Part shown: positions 28,010 to 41,891 of the stretch, in pieces
How the letters are laid out: each line of letters starts with the position of its first letter
Numbering within the stretch: position 1 is the stretch's first letter
NCBI RefSeq assembly: GCF_009914755.1
Contig: NC_060926.1
DNA from: the human T2T-CHM13v2.0 reference genome, Homo sapiens
Length of the DNA stretch: 64,000 nt
Strand: one strand, 5' to 3'
The notes under the pieces: generated by a model
Told to the model about the DNA's origin: nothing
Database searches by the model: none
What the model saw: the letters and a program-made list of their open reading frames with translations, nothing else
Translations under genes and position numbers: made by a program

Positions 28010-28235
28010 GCAACATGGTGGAATGAGAAGAACATGGGGCCAGGAGAACCGGGTGCCAACTTCAGCTCTGACAGCCAATGAGCCAGGGCAAATTACCAGG
28101 CACCCAGGAGAAACAGGTGTCAACCTTGGCTCTGACAGCCAATGAGCCAGGGCAAATTACCTGCCAAATCTTCACTCATTTTCTCAGCTGTAAAGCTTCA
28201 CCAGATGTTCTCTAAGACTTCCAGTTCTGATATTC
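28010..28235 (+). mobile_element. MIR relic containing a 64-bp tandem duplication
   Basis: 'catggtggaatgagaagaacatggg', 'gggcaaattacc' and 'ctcattttctcagctgtaaa'; two repeat units start at 28040 and 28104. Confidence 0.6.
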
Positions 28236-31200
28236 TCGTCTATATTCTGACATTTCCAACCTTAATCTTGTACTTCTTCTTCCCAAGACAGCAGACGGGA
28301 AGATCAGAGAAGTATGTCATATCTGAGTAGGAAAGAAGTCAATCGTGACTTTCAGTACCTTTTGGACACTCTAGTCCAGAAATGCTTCTGGTGGCAGAAC
28401 AGTGGCTACTGAAAGAAAAAAATGCACTAGGAGACAATTATGCAAGCAAAAAATGCTTATTTCTTTCCTTCTCCAAATGTGAAAAACAAAAATGTGACTG
28501 AGTACTGTATGCTATTGTAAGATTTTCCATTTATAGAGTCTTATAGTAATATTCATTCAAGTCCTAATTTTCCAAGGTTATTTTTAACCTCAGTAACAGT
28601 ATGATTGTTCTACTTCACTATGGTAACCATATAACATCAATTTTCCAAGACAGCCTCAATTTTAATTGACTTGTCCCTAATTTAGACCAAATTTTAGACT
28701 TATCCCTTTTGTAAGTTTAGGGAATATGATTACCCATGTATTTAATTATCCCCTGTCAGTGTCTCTCTTTCTTGATTACAATAACAAATTCGACATGAAA
28801 ATAAAAGAGTAAGGAGAGACCCAGATTTTAATATTTCACATCTTTGTACTTGGCAAATGGTCTCACAAGCTGACATGGTGACAGAAGAGTTGGAGGCTCA
28901 CAGAAAATCTACCCATTAAGTAGACACAGATACTAGGAGATATTTGGCTACGTTAACGGACCACGCAGAGTTCAGAAGGCCTGGAAAGAAAAGTCAGGAT
29001 TGTTTTATTTTTAGTGGCATTTTCAAGTGAAGATACTAGGGTCCCTATCAGGGGAGAGAAGCCAACTAAGTTTAAGAAGCCAGAAAGGCTGATAGTTGTC
29101 TTCTGGGAAAAATATACAAGGGCCACAAGACCTTGGTAACCAGACTGAGGTCCCAGGTACTACACAGGAGTCCACATAGAAAAGAGAAAGAAGAGGGCAA
29201 AGAAGGTTATCAGAAATGCCCAATGCTGGATACAACGATATATGGAAGAAAGGAAAATGTTTATTACTTTTTTATATATTGACTATAGGCATCATGACAC
29301 TGTGTTCCTAAATCCTTTAGTATACATGATCAAAATAAAAGTAGTTTTTAAACTTTGTTGTATTATATTCCTCTTTCAAAAAAACTGCTATAAGCTATGA
29401 AGTCTTTCAGAAAAAAAATGCAAACACACAATATTGTACAGTTCATTTCAGGGGAATCACAGCTTCCCAGAAAGTCATCCACAGACTTCAATTCAAAACC
29501 TTTAGCAAACAGAGATAATGTCTTTTTAAGATAACCTAGGAGTACAGTGCCTGCAAATGCCAAGGCTAGTTGGCAACTAAGAGTATTTGGGTAGCCCAGT
29601 GACTGCAGGAGACTCATTCTAGAACTGGGAGGATAATTAGTAAAGTCAGTCTCATGGGGAGCAGAAGTTGTTCTGTTTGGTCTAGAAAGTGATGTAGGGC
29701 TTAGATTTGCGGTATGAAAATCAGTAGGCCTGGCTCTTGAAAGCTCAATCCGGCAAAGGCTGAGAAATGATGTGTTCAATGAGGTGATGAGGTTGATGTA
29801 AACAAAAAACCTACTGCCTGTGCACCATGACCTACACCACAGACAAAAATAAAGTCGGGTTTTTCTAAGGGTCAAGCATGAATAGTAAAGGTCAGAGAAG
29901 AGGGTTCTGCTAATGGCATTTGGCAAAAGGTAAAAGAAGGAAAGAAAGGTGGTGACCAGATGTTCTCTATTCAGAATATGTAAAAGGGAAATTACATTAC
30001 AGTAGTTGGAATTCAAGTTATATAAAAGGAAAATCTTCCATCCAGTGAACTTTGTAAAGCATGAGACCTAGTTACTGATGGACAGACACTATTATTCTCC
30101 TTCCATGAATTGTTCAAAAATAGAACAGATATTTGTGTGTTTTTAGAGATTTGAATATAAAGTTTCCAGAAACAAAAGTTCAGGATGGGCATTCATGGAG
30201 ATATTCAAATTCCTTGAAAGACTGACATATCCATCTATTTGATATTTATTTCATTATAAAAATGTTTATAATTATTTTTAAATCCATTGAATTCCTCTAA
30301 TCTGACACTTCACCCAAACTTTTCCATAAAAAATTACCGAGAATAAGAATTGCTTGATGTAACTCACAATCAATATAATCATGCGGATTCCATTCAGCAT
30401 CTTTAGTGTTCTTACTAATTCTAACTAACTTGTATTAAGAACAATTAATACTGAAACCATCAAGCTGTTGCCATCAAGTTATGTATCCCTAATTGAAATT
30501 ATATTTTTAAGCAAAATGATTCTGATATCTACATACATATGTTGAAAATAACATCCTAAGTAAGTACATTCTGGAAAACTATGCAGAAAATAATGGAAAA
30601 GTAAATACAAAAGATGTTCTGGAAAGACTGTTAGAAAAGTAATGAGATTTACAGATTGACTAAAACACCAGGAAAACCTCCAAAGAATATTTGACATTTG
30701 GTCAGTCAGTCAGAGGAGAGTTGGCAGTTGGTCAGGAAAAATGTGAATCATAAAAGTCTATCTCTTCCATTATACAATGCATATGAATCAGATGTCTGTT
30801 AGCTCGTTCTTGGTCTCAAACCTAAAGTCAGCAACTGCTTTATTTATTTGGCTTCATGACCCAGATTAGATTTCCTGTTCTTTCAACTTGTAATACGTGT
30901 AGCTCACACTCACACAGAATTTGGGGTAGAGTGTAATGATCCTCCCATCCATTCACACCATCTTTTATTTTGGCCAGTTGCTGGGGCAAAATTGCCATGT
31001 CTATCACCTACAGCAGAAATTTGGTCTTCCAGCCAAATATTAGGAAGCACAGTAGTGACTGCTATGGCAACAGACTAAACAGACCATCTAAAAGGTAGCT
31101 GGAAGAAGAGGTAAGCTATTTCAAATACAGAGAGGTAGGAAAGTTTAAATTTCTCAAATCCTAAAATATGAAAACCAAGAGCATACACATCATAGTTATG

Positions 31201-31563
31201 GCAATCTTGATGAAAATATAAATAATTATTTTCTATTATTGTTTTATCAATATTACTTTCTAAGAATTTGTTAAATGACTTAATCTCAGCTTCTAATGAG
31301 CTACAAATTCAAAAGAAAATTTCAAAATAATAACGCTTGTCCAGTTTCCAAATGCTGACTCCTTAAATAAGATTACATACAAATAATTTGAAATGATTTC
31401 ATTCCTTTAGAGTTGTTCCCATCTAGCCTTCCAGTTGAAAAGAAAAATATTAGCAGCACCAAATGTAAGCAACAAAGGAAGAAAGGACACCACCTGTCCA
31501 AACCCTACCTTCAGTTTTTTTCTCTGAAAGCTTTTAGTTTTCTTGGTCCTTCCATTATAAACA

Positions 31564-31620
31564 AACACACACACAGACAGATACACACACATACATGCAC
31601 ACACACACACACATACACAC
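31564..31620. repeat. Imperfect (CA)n microsatellite
   Basis: Directly visible. Confidence 0.9.
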
Positions 31621-32593
31621 TACTTTACCAACTTTTTATCAGGACAAAGTTTTTTTAGTCACTTGTACAAAAGTATAAGATGATTGCCTGCTGTATTTGT
31701 GGGGTTGGCTGAAACTTTAAAACTGATCACGAAGAGAAACAGCATTTATGGTTCACCGACTAGTTCTCTAAAACAGTGAATCTAAGCCCTGTCTGGCTCA
31801 GTCTTCTTTACAAAAAATATTTTTTTAACATTCTTGTACTATCATGAAATTTTCAGAACATATAACTTACACACATACCTAATTTTAAATCCCTATATTG
31901 TTCTAATTACATAAGAACAATATAATCTAATTAATCCCTATATTGTTCTAATAAGAAATTTAAAAGGAATTTAAAATAAAATAAGTATTTCAATATTCAG
32001 ATCCTCAACCATGATGACACTAGATGATGGGGACTAATAAGATTCTCATTATCAACCAATATGGATTTATAATAAGTAGGACAATATTCATCTGGTTATT
32101 GCAGATGCATTCTGATATTCAACATCTAGATATAAAAACTAAATTATTATGGTCAGATTAAATGTATGTCACAGTTGCATTCCAGAGAAATTTATTACAT
32201 ATTAAAACTATTCAGAAAATAATTGGTGTTTGCATATATAATGAAGTTGTTCCTATGCTCAAATAATTACAAATGGATTTTGTAATTGAATGACTGGCAA
32301 GACCTTCAGTCAAGCAGGACATAGGAGAATTCTTCCCTGCATTCCAGGAAATAAAGCATCTCCAATTTCCAGCCACTTGATGTCGTTTCAATTGTTATAA
32401 CAAATAAAATGCTCTCAAAAACATCCAAAATTCCCCTAGAGAGAAGTATCCCATCCTCCACCACCAACCTTGAGAACCACAGGTCTAGAAGGAGATAGCT
32501 GGGCAACTTTAAACCCATATTGGATGTAAGGTGGGACATGAAGTGTTTCCTTTGGGGAGATTATAACAGAATATATGTGTGCCATTACAAATA

Positions 32594-33149
32594 CAGTCAT
32601 GTACTGCATAATACTTTAGTCGACAGTAGACAATATATACAATGGTAGTCCCATACGTTTATAATGGAGCTGAAAATTTCCTATTACCTAGTGACGTAGC
32701 TTTCCTAACATTGTGGTACAACTCATTACTCACATGTTTGTGGTGATTCTGGTGAAATAAATCTACTATGCTGCCAGTCACATAAAAGTGTAGAGTAATG
32801 CCCTAGGTCTTCACATTCACTCACTACTCACTCACTCAGAGCAATTTCTAGTGCTGCAACCTCCATTTATGGTACATGCCCAATACAGGTGTACCTTTTT
32901 AAATCTTTTATATCATATTTGTTACTATACCTTTTCTATGTTTAGATAGATTTAGATACACAAATACATACCATTGTGTTACAGTTGCCTAGAGTATTCA
33001 GTACAGTAACATGCTGTAAGGTTTGTATCCTACGTGTGTAGTAAGTAATCTAGGTTTGTCTAAGTACACTCTTTGATATTTGCACAGAAGAAATCACCTA
33101 ATGAAGCATTTCTCAAAATATATCTCCATCATTAAGTGACACATAACTA
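32594..33149. mobile_element. Tigger3-derived element (~555 bp, Tigger3c-like)
   Basis: ta|cagtcatgtactgcataa ... ttaagtgacacataacta|ta; internal 'ataatggagctgaaaatt' and 'ctaggtttgtctaagtacactc'. Confidence 0.85.
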
Positions 33150-33183
33150 TACTTTCAAGTTCAAAGAATTGGAATATGCAAAC

Positions 33184-33314
33184 TATGCTCTCTGACTATA
33201 AAGAAAATAAATCAAAAGTCAATAACAAAGATAAGTTTTAAATTAAGTATGTTCTCTGACTATAAAGAAAATAAATTGAAAGTCAATAACAAATATGTTT
33301 TAAATTAAGTATGT
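33184..33314. repeat. ~64-bp tandem duplication
   Basis: 'tatg(c/t)tctctgactataaagaaaataaat..aaagtcaataacaaa...ttttaaattaagtatgt' occurs twice (33184, 33248). Confidence 0.9.
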
Positions 33315-34469
33315 AAAAAATCAATTGCATTCTTACATACTAGCTACAAACAGCTAGAAAATACGTGTGTAAGATACAATTTATAATAGCAAAAATACAA
33401 AGAATGAAAGAAAATATAACAAAATGTGTAAAATAAGTCCAAGAGATAATATTATAAAATTTTATTGAAATTCATTAAAGAAAATCTAAATAATGGAAAA
33501 CATTTAGTATGGATATTGAAAGGAAAACGGTATTCTGACCATGTCTGTTTTCAAGTGACATAAATGTGTAACATCAAATGATATACTATGCAGTCATGAA
33601 AATGAATAAACTACAGCTTTTTGAAGCAACATAGATAAATCTTAAAAACGTGTTTATAGAAAGAAGGGAAATTCTAAAGCATGTATACTGTTTGATTATA
33701 TTTGTAGTAAACTCAAAAACAGGAAAAACTAAACTGTATTGTTTAGGGATGCATACATGATGGTAAAACCATAAAGAAAAGCAAAGAGACAGTTACAGTA
33801 AATCAGAATGGTGGTTAACTCTAGAGGGAAACAGACAGTGTATAATCACGAATAGCTTCAATAAGATAAATATATATGCAGCCCAATAAAAAAACAGGCA
33901 AGATATATGAATCCTTGGACTCATAAAAAGCAATAAAATTTAAATTTTAAGTTATTTCATAGTAAAACTGAAAAGACAAAAATCTTAAAAGCAATCAAAA
34001 AGAAAAGACAGATGACATACAAAGAACATTTATCACAAAATAACCTATTCAGAGTACTGAGGAAAAATATTGCCTAAAGAGAAATCTCCACTTAGCTAAA
34101 TTATTGCACAAGCTGAAGTGTGAAAGAAAAATTTCAGAAAAAGACCTACTGGAAAATTGATCTTTTACTTAAGCAACCACAGTGGTATCGAGGAATATGT
34201 AAGATTGGTACTAGTTGCTTGAGCATGGTGAGGGAGCAGGCAGAGAGCCTCTTCAGAAAAGTTGGAAGGGGCCAAAGGTTACAAAAATCCCTGGGGGACC
34301 AAGATCATATAAAAACACTAATTCAAAATGAACCAGAGACCTAAGTATTATAAGAACAAAACTACAAAACTCTTGGAAGGAAGCATAAGAGTAAATCATT
34401 GTGACCTTAGATTGGGCAATTTCTTATGTGACATCAAAAGAACAATCAGCAAAAGAAAAAAATAGATTT

Positions 34470-34880
34470 ACCAGATTAACATAAACTTGGTGCCTTACAA
34501 CAACAGATATTTATTCTCACAGTTTGGAAAGCTAGAAGTCCAAAACCAAGGTGTCAGCGGAGCCATATTCTCTCTGAAGGGTCAAAGGAGCCCCCTTCCT
34601 TGACTCTCTTTAGCTTGCCACCAACCCTTTGTGTTCTTAACTTGTAGACACAGCCTTCCAATCTCCATCATCAAGTGACGTTCTCCATGTGTGTTCTGTA
34701 TTCAAATTTTTCTTTTCTTATAAAGACACCAGTCAGTGGATTAGGGCCCATCCTAATCCAGTAAGACCTCATCTCAACTTAATTACATCTTCAAAGACCT
34801 TGTTTCCAAATGTGGTTACATTCAAAAGTACCTGGGGTTAAGACTTCAACAAATCTTTTATGGGACATAATACAACCTTC
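34470..34880 (-). mobile_element. MaLR LTR (MLT1B/C-like)
   Basis: 'atttattctcacagtttggaaagctagaagtccaaa' and 'ggattagggcccatcctaatccag'. Confidence 0.8.
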
Positions 34881-35371
34881 AGGAATCTCAACTTTGATAA
34901 AATAATTTCACCAAAGAAGATACACAAATACCTAATAAATGTATAAAAAGTGCTCATTATCATTAGCCACCAGGAAATCAAAATCACAATGTAATACCAC
35001 TTAACACTCAGAGAAGTGGCTAGACTCATAAAACAAACAAAAACAGGTATTGGTGAGGAAGTGAAGAAACTGAAACTCTCTCATACACTGCTAGAAGGAA
35101 TGTAAAATGTTGTAGCCACTTTGAAAAACAGTTTGGCATTTCCCCAAATAGTTAATCATAGAGTGACCATATGACCCAAATATTCCACTCTTATATAAAT
35201 GAAAACATACGTTTACACAAAAGCTTGTACACCAAAGTTTATATCACAATTATTAATAATAGCTAAAAGGTGAAAACAAGCCAAATGTCCATCAACTGAT
35301 GAGTGGATAAATATTCATGTGGTATATCCATGCAAGGGAATATTATTCAGCCATAAAAAAGATGTAAAATA

Positions 35372-35660
<289 letters not shown>

Positions 35661-36070
35661 AAAAGATATGAAATATAGATATATGCAACCACATGGATGA
35701 CCCTTAAAAACTTTCTGCTAAGTGCAAGAACCCTGAAGACATAAAAGGCCATGTATTTTATGATCCTAAATCTATGAAGTGTCCAAAATAGGCAAATATC
35801 TAGATACAGAAAGTAGATTAGTGGTTGTTAGAGGCAGGAATGAGGGGAAAATAAGGAATGACTGCTCATGGGAATAGGGTGTGTTTTGGGGATGGGGTGA
35901 TGAAAATATTCTAAAATTACATATTAGGATGCTTGAACTCTGTGAATATATGAAAAAATACTGAATTATACACTTTAAAGAGGTGAATTTATGGTATATG
36001 AGTTATACCTCAAAAGATGTTATAAAAGATATGTTAAAATACTGCTCAAAAGCACTTTCTGTCACTAGGT

Positions 36071-36569
36071 AGTCAAATGAAATATATAGATAATCTATGA
36101 CCAGTCATTCTACTCCTAGGTACATATATGCAAAAATTCTTGGACAGTTAACATAAAATCTCTAAAAATATTTGTTATATTAATGAAAATAAATATTATA
36201 TTAAAACAAATATACATATAATATTAATAAAATGATAAATGAATTGATAAAAAGCATTGGGCTATGAAACCAACAAGAATATATAATACAATGCCAAGAA
36301 TCTTATGGTGGTGGGTTTGGTTGGCCTATTTGATTTGATAGAGTTATTTTCATAGTTGGCCAAATGACTTTTAGTAAACCACTTATTTTTGACCCTAAAA
36401 GCATTTCTGTAAATATAAATATAATGTAAGACACACATTGCCTGCATCCATACTCTTGCCTTGGTAGGAGTCAGATGAAGTATACAGATAATCTATGACC
36501 AGCCTAGAAGGTATATTTTTCCAAAAATTCTTAGACTGTTACATAAAATCTCTAAAAATATTTATTATA
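36071..36569. repeat. ~105-bp direct repeat (36071-36179 and 36469-36569)
   Basis: 'agataatctatgaccag' and 'acataaaatctctaaaaatattt' occur in both copies. Confidence 0.9.
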
Positions 36570-37169
36570 GTGTAATATGTAGTACTGGCAAGTTGGAGGC
36601 AACCTGGGTGTTCATCGCTACATATTTGCTTATTAAAAATACAATCACAAAACATTCATCTTGCAAAAACACATACAAATGAAAAGGAACATGCTAAATG
36701 CATTTTTTAAATAATTGCCTAAGAAGAAGAAAATAGGAGCAATAAATATAGGAATAAAAGAGAACTAATTATTTTCATGTAACGTACCCATCATTTTTAA
36801 AAAGCAATAGAATAAGAAGGCCAGGAAATTGGGGAATGAGGATACTGAATGTGGAGCACAGTGGGGTTGATGCCTGAGACTGGACTTTTACATGCTCCTG
36901 GAGACATGATTCACAAAGGCAGGGTGACTCCTACCAAGTCCAGAGTAAATGTGGGCAATGTGTGTCTCACATTATATTTATATTTACAGAAAAGCTTTTA
37001 GGGTCAAACATAAATGGTTTACTAAAAGTCATTTGGCCAACTATGAAAATAAATCAAGTAGGCCAACCAAACCCACCACCAAAAGATTCTTGGCATATAT
37101 TATATATTCTTGTTGGTTGCATAGCCCAGTGCTTTTTTATCAATCCATTTATCCTTTCATTAAATATTT
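36220..37169. repeat. ~250-bp inverted repeat (arms 36220-36473 and 36925-37169, ~450-bp spacer)
   Basis: 'catagttggccaaatgacttttagtaaacca' vs 'tggtttactaaaagtcatttggccaactatg'; the ORF track gives near-identical peptides on opposite strands. Confidence 0.95.
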
Positions 37170-38497
37170 TTATACATTATGATTCCTTCTGTATTATCTT
37201 TATTGACTATTTAATACAAAGATGCATCTCCAGATATGTGGGCTTTATATGTTTCCCTATCCCAAAGTGGCATTAAAAATTATGTTATCCACTGTCTTTT
37301 TACATTCAGTAAATAGTATTCAGATAGAGTTCTGGTTTTATTTGTTCCCATACCCTTTGAGTCACAGTACTTTTGAAATAAATTTTAAAAGGAAGTTCTT
37401 CATTAGTATGAACTCTTTGTTTAGTCAGAATTACAACCATCAAACTAAGAGTTCTAAGAAAATTGGCATTGTTTCCACAAGAAACAAATGGTATCACTTC
37501 ATTTTTAAGATATAACATTCTCTTCTCTTTGGATAAAACATTTTGTTGCCTAAAATTGTCAGTAGTTCCAGCACCATTTCTCTGGCTAACTGAATATGTG
37601 GCAGAAGTTTAAATTGTTTCCAGACCTCATGCTATTTTTATATTAGTCATCAGAAAAAATTCTATTCAGCATACTCTTCCCTCAGAAACAATTTTTCAGA
37701 CAAACACCCTACATCTGAGAAGTAAGAAGCAACTGGAATTGGCATTCAGAGAAAATCCATGTTTAACAACTGCAGATTTGCTGCTAATAAATAGTTAAAA
37801 ATAAATGAAGTTTCTTAACTGTTAAGTAGACATATACAAGACAACATGCTTTTTCTGGGAATGAACTATAAACAATACACAAAAAAGCACTTCATCTTTT
37901 GGCCAAAAGGTAAAAATCACCTCTTTTTAACAATATTTAGAAAATATGCCACTATTAGTGTCTATTTTGTAACAATTAAACTCTTTATTAAAATAATATA
38001 TCTCTTACATAAAGCTACATATTAGAAAAGAGGGAGAAGTTGTGTATCTTTTGGTCAAGAAGACAATTTTACATAAATCAGATTTGAGTGTTAGATCCAG
38101 CTTTGCTATTCAGCAGTTGCTTAACCTTTCAAAGACTTTGAAAAATAAGGATAATAAATAAGAAGATCACGTGTGTCTCTAAAACTTTGTAATACTCTGA
38201 AACCAAAACTGAGCCTTATCTTAAGGAAATGCAATGAGAGATTCCATAGAATTGGTCCATTACCATTACCAATTCCAGTACTTAACCATTTTCAATGCCA
38301 GGAAATTCATCTTAGCCAATCTAAATCTTAAGCCTTTCTCGTAATTCTTTCCATTATGTGATTAGAAAACAGAGGGTTATTTTCCCTTGTATGGAAAAAA
38401 ATTAATTCTATTCTTGAATATAGCTAATAAATTATTCCTCACATTTTCTTCTCCAGACTGAATAGTCCCAAACCTTCCTTCAAAAATCTCAATTTCC

Positions 38498-41400
38498 CAG
38501 AACTTCCAATACTATATTGGGCATCGTTGTCTTGTGGCGGTTTTCAAAGGAAATGCTTCCAGCTTTTGCCTATTCAGTATGATGTTGGCTGTGGGTCTGC
38601 ATAAATAACTCTTATTATTTTGAGATACATTCCAACAATCTCTAGTTTATTGAGAGTTTTTAGGATGAAAGCGCGTTGAATTTTATCGAAGGCCTTTTCT
38701 GCATCTATTGAGATAATCATGTGGTTTTTGTCATTGGTTCTATTTATGTGATGCATTATGTTTATTGATTTGTGTATGGTGAACTAGCCTTGGATCCCAG
38801 GAATGAAGTGACTTGATCGTGGTGGATAAGCTTTTTGATGTGTTGATGGATTTGGTTTGCCAATATTTTATTGAGGATTTTCGCATCAATGTTCATCAGG
38901 GCTGTTGGCCTGAAATGTTCTTTTTTTGTTGTGTCTCTGCCAGGTTTTAATATAAGGATGATGCTGGCCTCATAAAATGAGTTAGGGAGGATTCCCTCTT
39001 TTTCTACTGTTTGGAATGGTTTCAGAAGGAATGGTACCAGCTCCTCTTTGTACCTCTGGTAGAATTCAGCTGTGAATCCATCTGGTCCTGGGCTTTTTTG
39101 TAGTAGGCCATTAATTACTGCTTCAACTTCAGAACTTGTTATTGGTCTATTCAGGGATTCAACTTCTTCCTGGTTTAGACTTAGGAGGGTGTATGTGTCC
39201 AGGAATTTATCCATTTCTTCTAGATTTTCTAGTTTATTTGCATAGAGGTGTTTATAGTATTCTCTGATGGTAGTTTGTATTTCTGTGGGATCAGTGGTGA
39301 TATTCCCTTTATCATTTTTTATTGTGTCTTTTGATTCTTCTCCCTTTTCTTCTTTATTAGTCTGGCTGGCATTCTATCTATTTTGTTGATCTTTTCAAAA
39401 AACCAGCTCCTGGATTCATTGATTTTTTTGAAGCGTTTTTCGCATCTCGATCTCTTTCAGTTCTGCTCTGAACATAGTTATTTCTTGTCTTCTGCTAGCT
39501 TTTGAATTTGTTTGCTCCTGCTTCTCTAGTTCTTTTAATTGTAATGTTAGGGTGTCGATTTTAGATCTTTCCTGCTTTCTCTTGTGGGCTATAAATTACC
39601 TTCTACACACTGCTTTAAATGTTTCCCAGAGATTCTGGTACGTTGTGTCTTTGTTCTCACCGGTTTCAAAGAACGTATTCGTTTCTGCCTTAATTTCGTT
39701 ATTTACCCAGTAGTCATTCAGGAGCATGTTGTTCAGTTTTCATGTAGTTGTGCAGTTTGGAGTGAGTTTCTTAATCCTGAGTTCTAATTTGATTGTACTG
39801 TGGTCTGACAGACTGTTTGTTACAACTTCCATTCTTTTGCGTTTGCTGAAGAGTGTTTTACTTCCAGTTATGTGGTCAAGGCAATCAGACAAGAGAAAGA
39901 AATAAAGGGTATTCAAATAGGAAGAGAGGATGTCAAATTGTCTCTGTTTGCAGATGACATGATTGTATATTTAGAAAACCCCACTGTCTCAGTCCAAAAT
40001 CTCCTTAAGCTGATAAGCAACTTCAGTAGTCTCAGGATACAAAATCAATGTGAAAAAATCACAAGCATTCCTATACACCAATAATCGACAAACAGAGAGC
40101 CAAATCATGAGTGAACTCTCATTCACAATTGCTACAAAGAGAATAAAATACCTAGGAATACAACTTATGAGGGATGTGAAGGACGTCTTCCAGGAGAACT
40201 ACAAATCACTGCTCAAGGAAATAAGAGAGGACACAAACAAATGGAAAAACATTCCATGCTCATGGATAGGAAGAATCAATATTGTGAAAATGGCCATACT
40301 GCCCAAAATAATTTATATATTCAGTGCTATCCCCATCAAGCTACCATGGACTTTCTTCACAGAATTACAAAAAAACTAATTTAAATTTCATATGGAACCA
40401 AAAAACAGCCCGTATCGTCAAGACAATCCCAAGCAAAAAGAACAAAGCTGGAGCCATCACGCTACCTGACTTCAAACTGTACTACAAGATTACAGTAACC
40501 AAAACAGAATGGTACTAGTACCAACACAGATATATAGACCAATGGAACAGAACAGAGACCTCAGAAATAACGCCACACATCTACAACCATCTGACCTTTG
40601 ACAAACCTGATAAAAACAAGCAATGGGGAAAGGATTCCCTATTTAATAAATGATGTTGGGAAAACTGGCTAGCCATATGCAGAAAACTGAAACTGGACCC
40701 CTTCCTTACACCATATACAAAAATTAACTCAAGATAGATTAAAGACTTAAACGTTAAGACCTAAAACCATAAAAACCCCAGAAGAAAACCTAGACAATAC
40801 CATTCAGGACATAGGCATGGGCAAAGACTTCATGACTAAAACACCAAAAGCAATGGCGACAAAAGCCAAAGTTGATAAATGGGATCTAATTAAACTACAG
40901 AGCTTCTGCATAACAAAAGAAACTATCAACAGAGCGAACAGGCAACCTACAGAATAGGAGAAAATTTTTGCAGTCTATCCATCTGACAAAGGGTTAATAT
41001 CCAGAATCTACAAGGAACTTAAACAAATTTACAAGAAAAAAACAAACAACCTCATCAAAAAGTGGGCCAAGGATATGAACAGACACTTCTCAAAAGAAGA
41101 CATTTATGTGGCCAACAAACATATTTTAAAAAGCTCATCATCACTGGTCGTTAGAGAAACGCAAATCAAAACCACAATGAGATACCATCTTACGTTAGTT
41201 AGAATGGCGATCATTAAAAAGTCAGAAAACAACAGATGCTGGAGAGGATTGTGGAGATATAGGAACGCTTTTACACTGTTGGTGGGAGTGTAAATTAGTT
41301 CAACCATTGTGGAAGACAGTGTGGCGATTCCTCAAGGATCTAGAACCAGAAATACCATTTGACCCAGCAATCCCATTACTGGGCATATACCCAAAGGATT

Positions 41401-41891
41401 ATAAATCATTCTACGATAAAGACACATGCACACGTATGTTTATTGCAGCACTGTTCACAATAGCAAAGACTTAGAACCAACCCAAATACCCATCAATGAT
41501 AGACTGGATAAGGAAAATGTGGCACATATACACCAAAGAATACTATGCAGCCATAAAAAAGGATGAGTTCATGTCCTTTGCAGGGCCATGAATGAAGCTG
41601 GAATCCATCATTCTCATCAAGATAACAGAGGAACAGAAAACCAAACACCACATGTTCTTACTCATAGGTAGGAGTTGAACAATGAGAACACATGGACACA
41701 GGGAGGGGAACATCACACACCAGGGCCTGTCGAGGGGTGGAGGGCTAGGGGAGGGATAGCATTAGGAGAAATACTTAATGTAGATGATGAATTGATGAGT
41801 GCAGCAAACCACCATGGCACATGTATACGTATGTAACAAACCTGCATGTTCTGCACATGTATCCCAGAACTTAAAGTATAATTTTTTTTAA
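38498..41891 (+). mobile_element. L1PA7-like insertion (~3.4 kb) with 5' inversion (38498-~39876 antisense, ~39877-41891 sense)
   Basis: ORF2 RT peptides on - ([26 protein letters not shown]) and on + ([15 protein letters not shown]); 16-bp TSD aaaaatctcaatttcc at 38482-38497 and 41892-41907. Confidence 0.95.

Noticed and set aside
29363-30016. Longest ORF (217 aa, - strand)
   Set aside because: Starts at TTG, has the Leu/Ser/Phe/Cys-rich composition expected from AT-rich non-coding DNA, and shows no recognisable domain or splice boundaries
36262-37182. Two similar ORFs on opposite strands suggesting paralogous small genes
   Set aside because: By-product of the inverted duplication; non-matching starts and ends and no coding features
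38574-41293. Reverse-transcriptase-like ORFs (FADD motif) as a possible novel RT system
   Set aside because: Ordinary L1 ORF2 fragments with frameshifts and stops; no 5' UTR or ORF1; inactive
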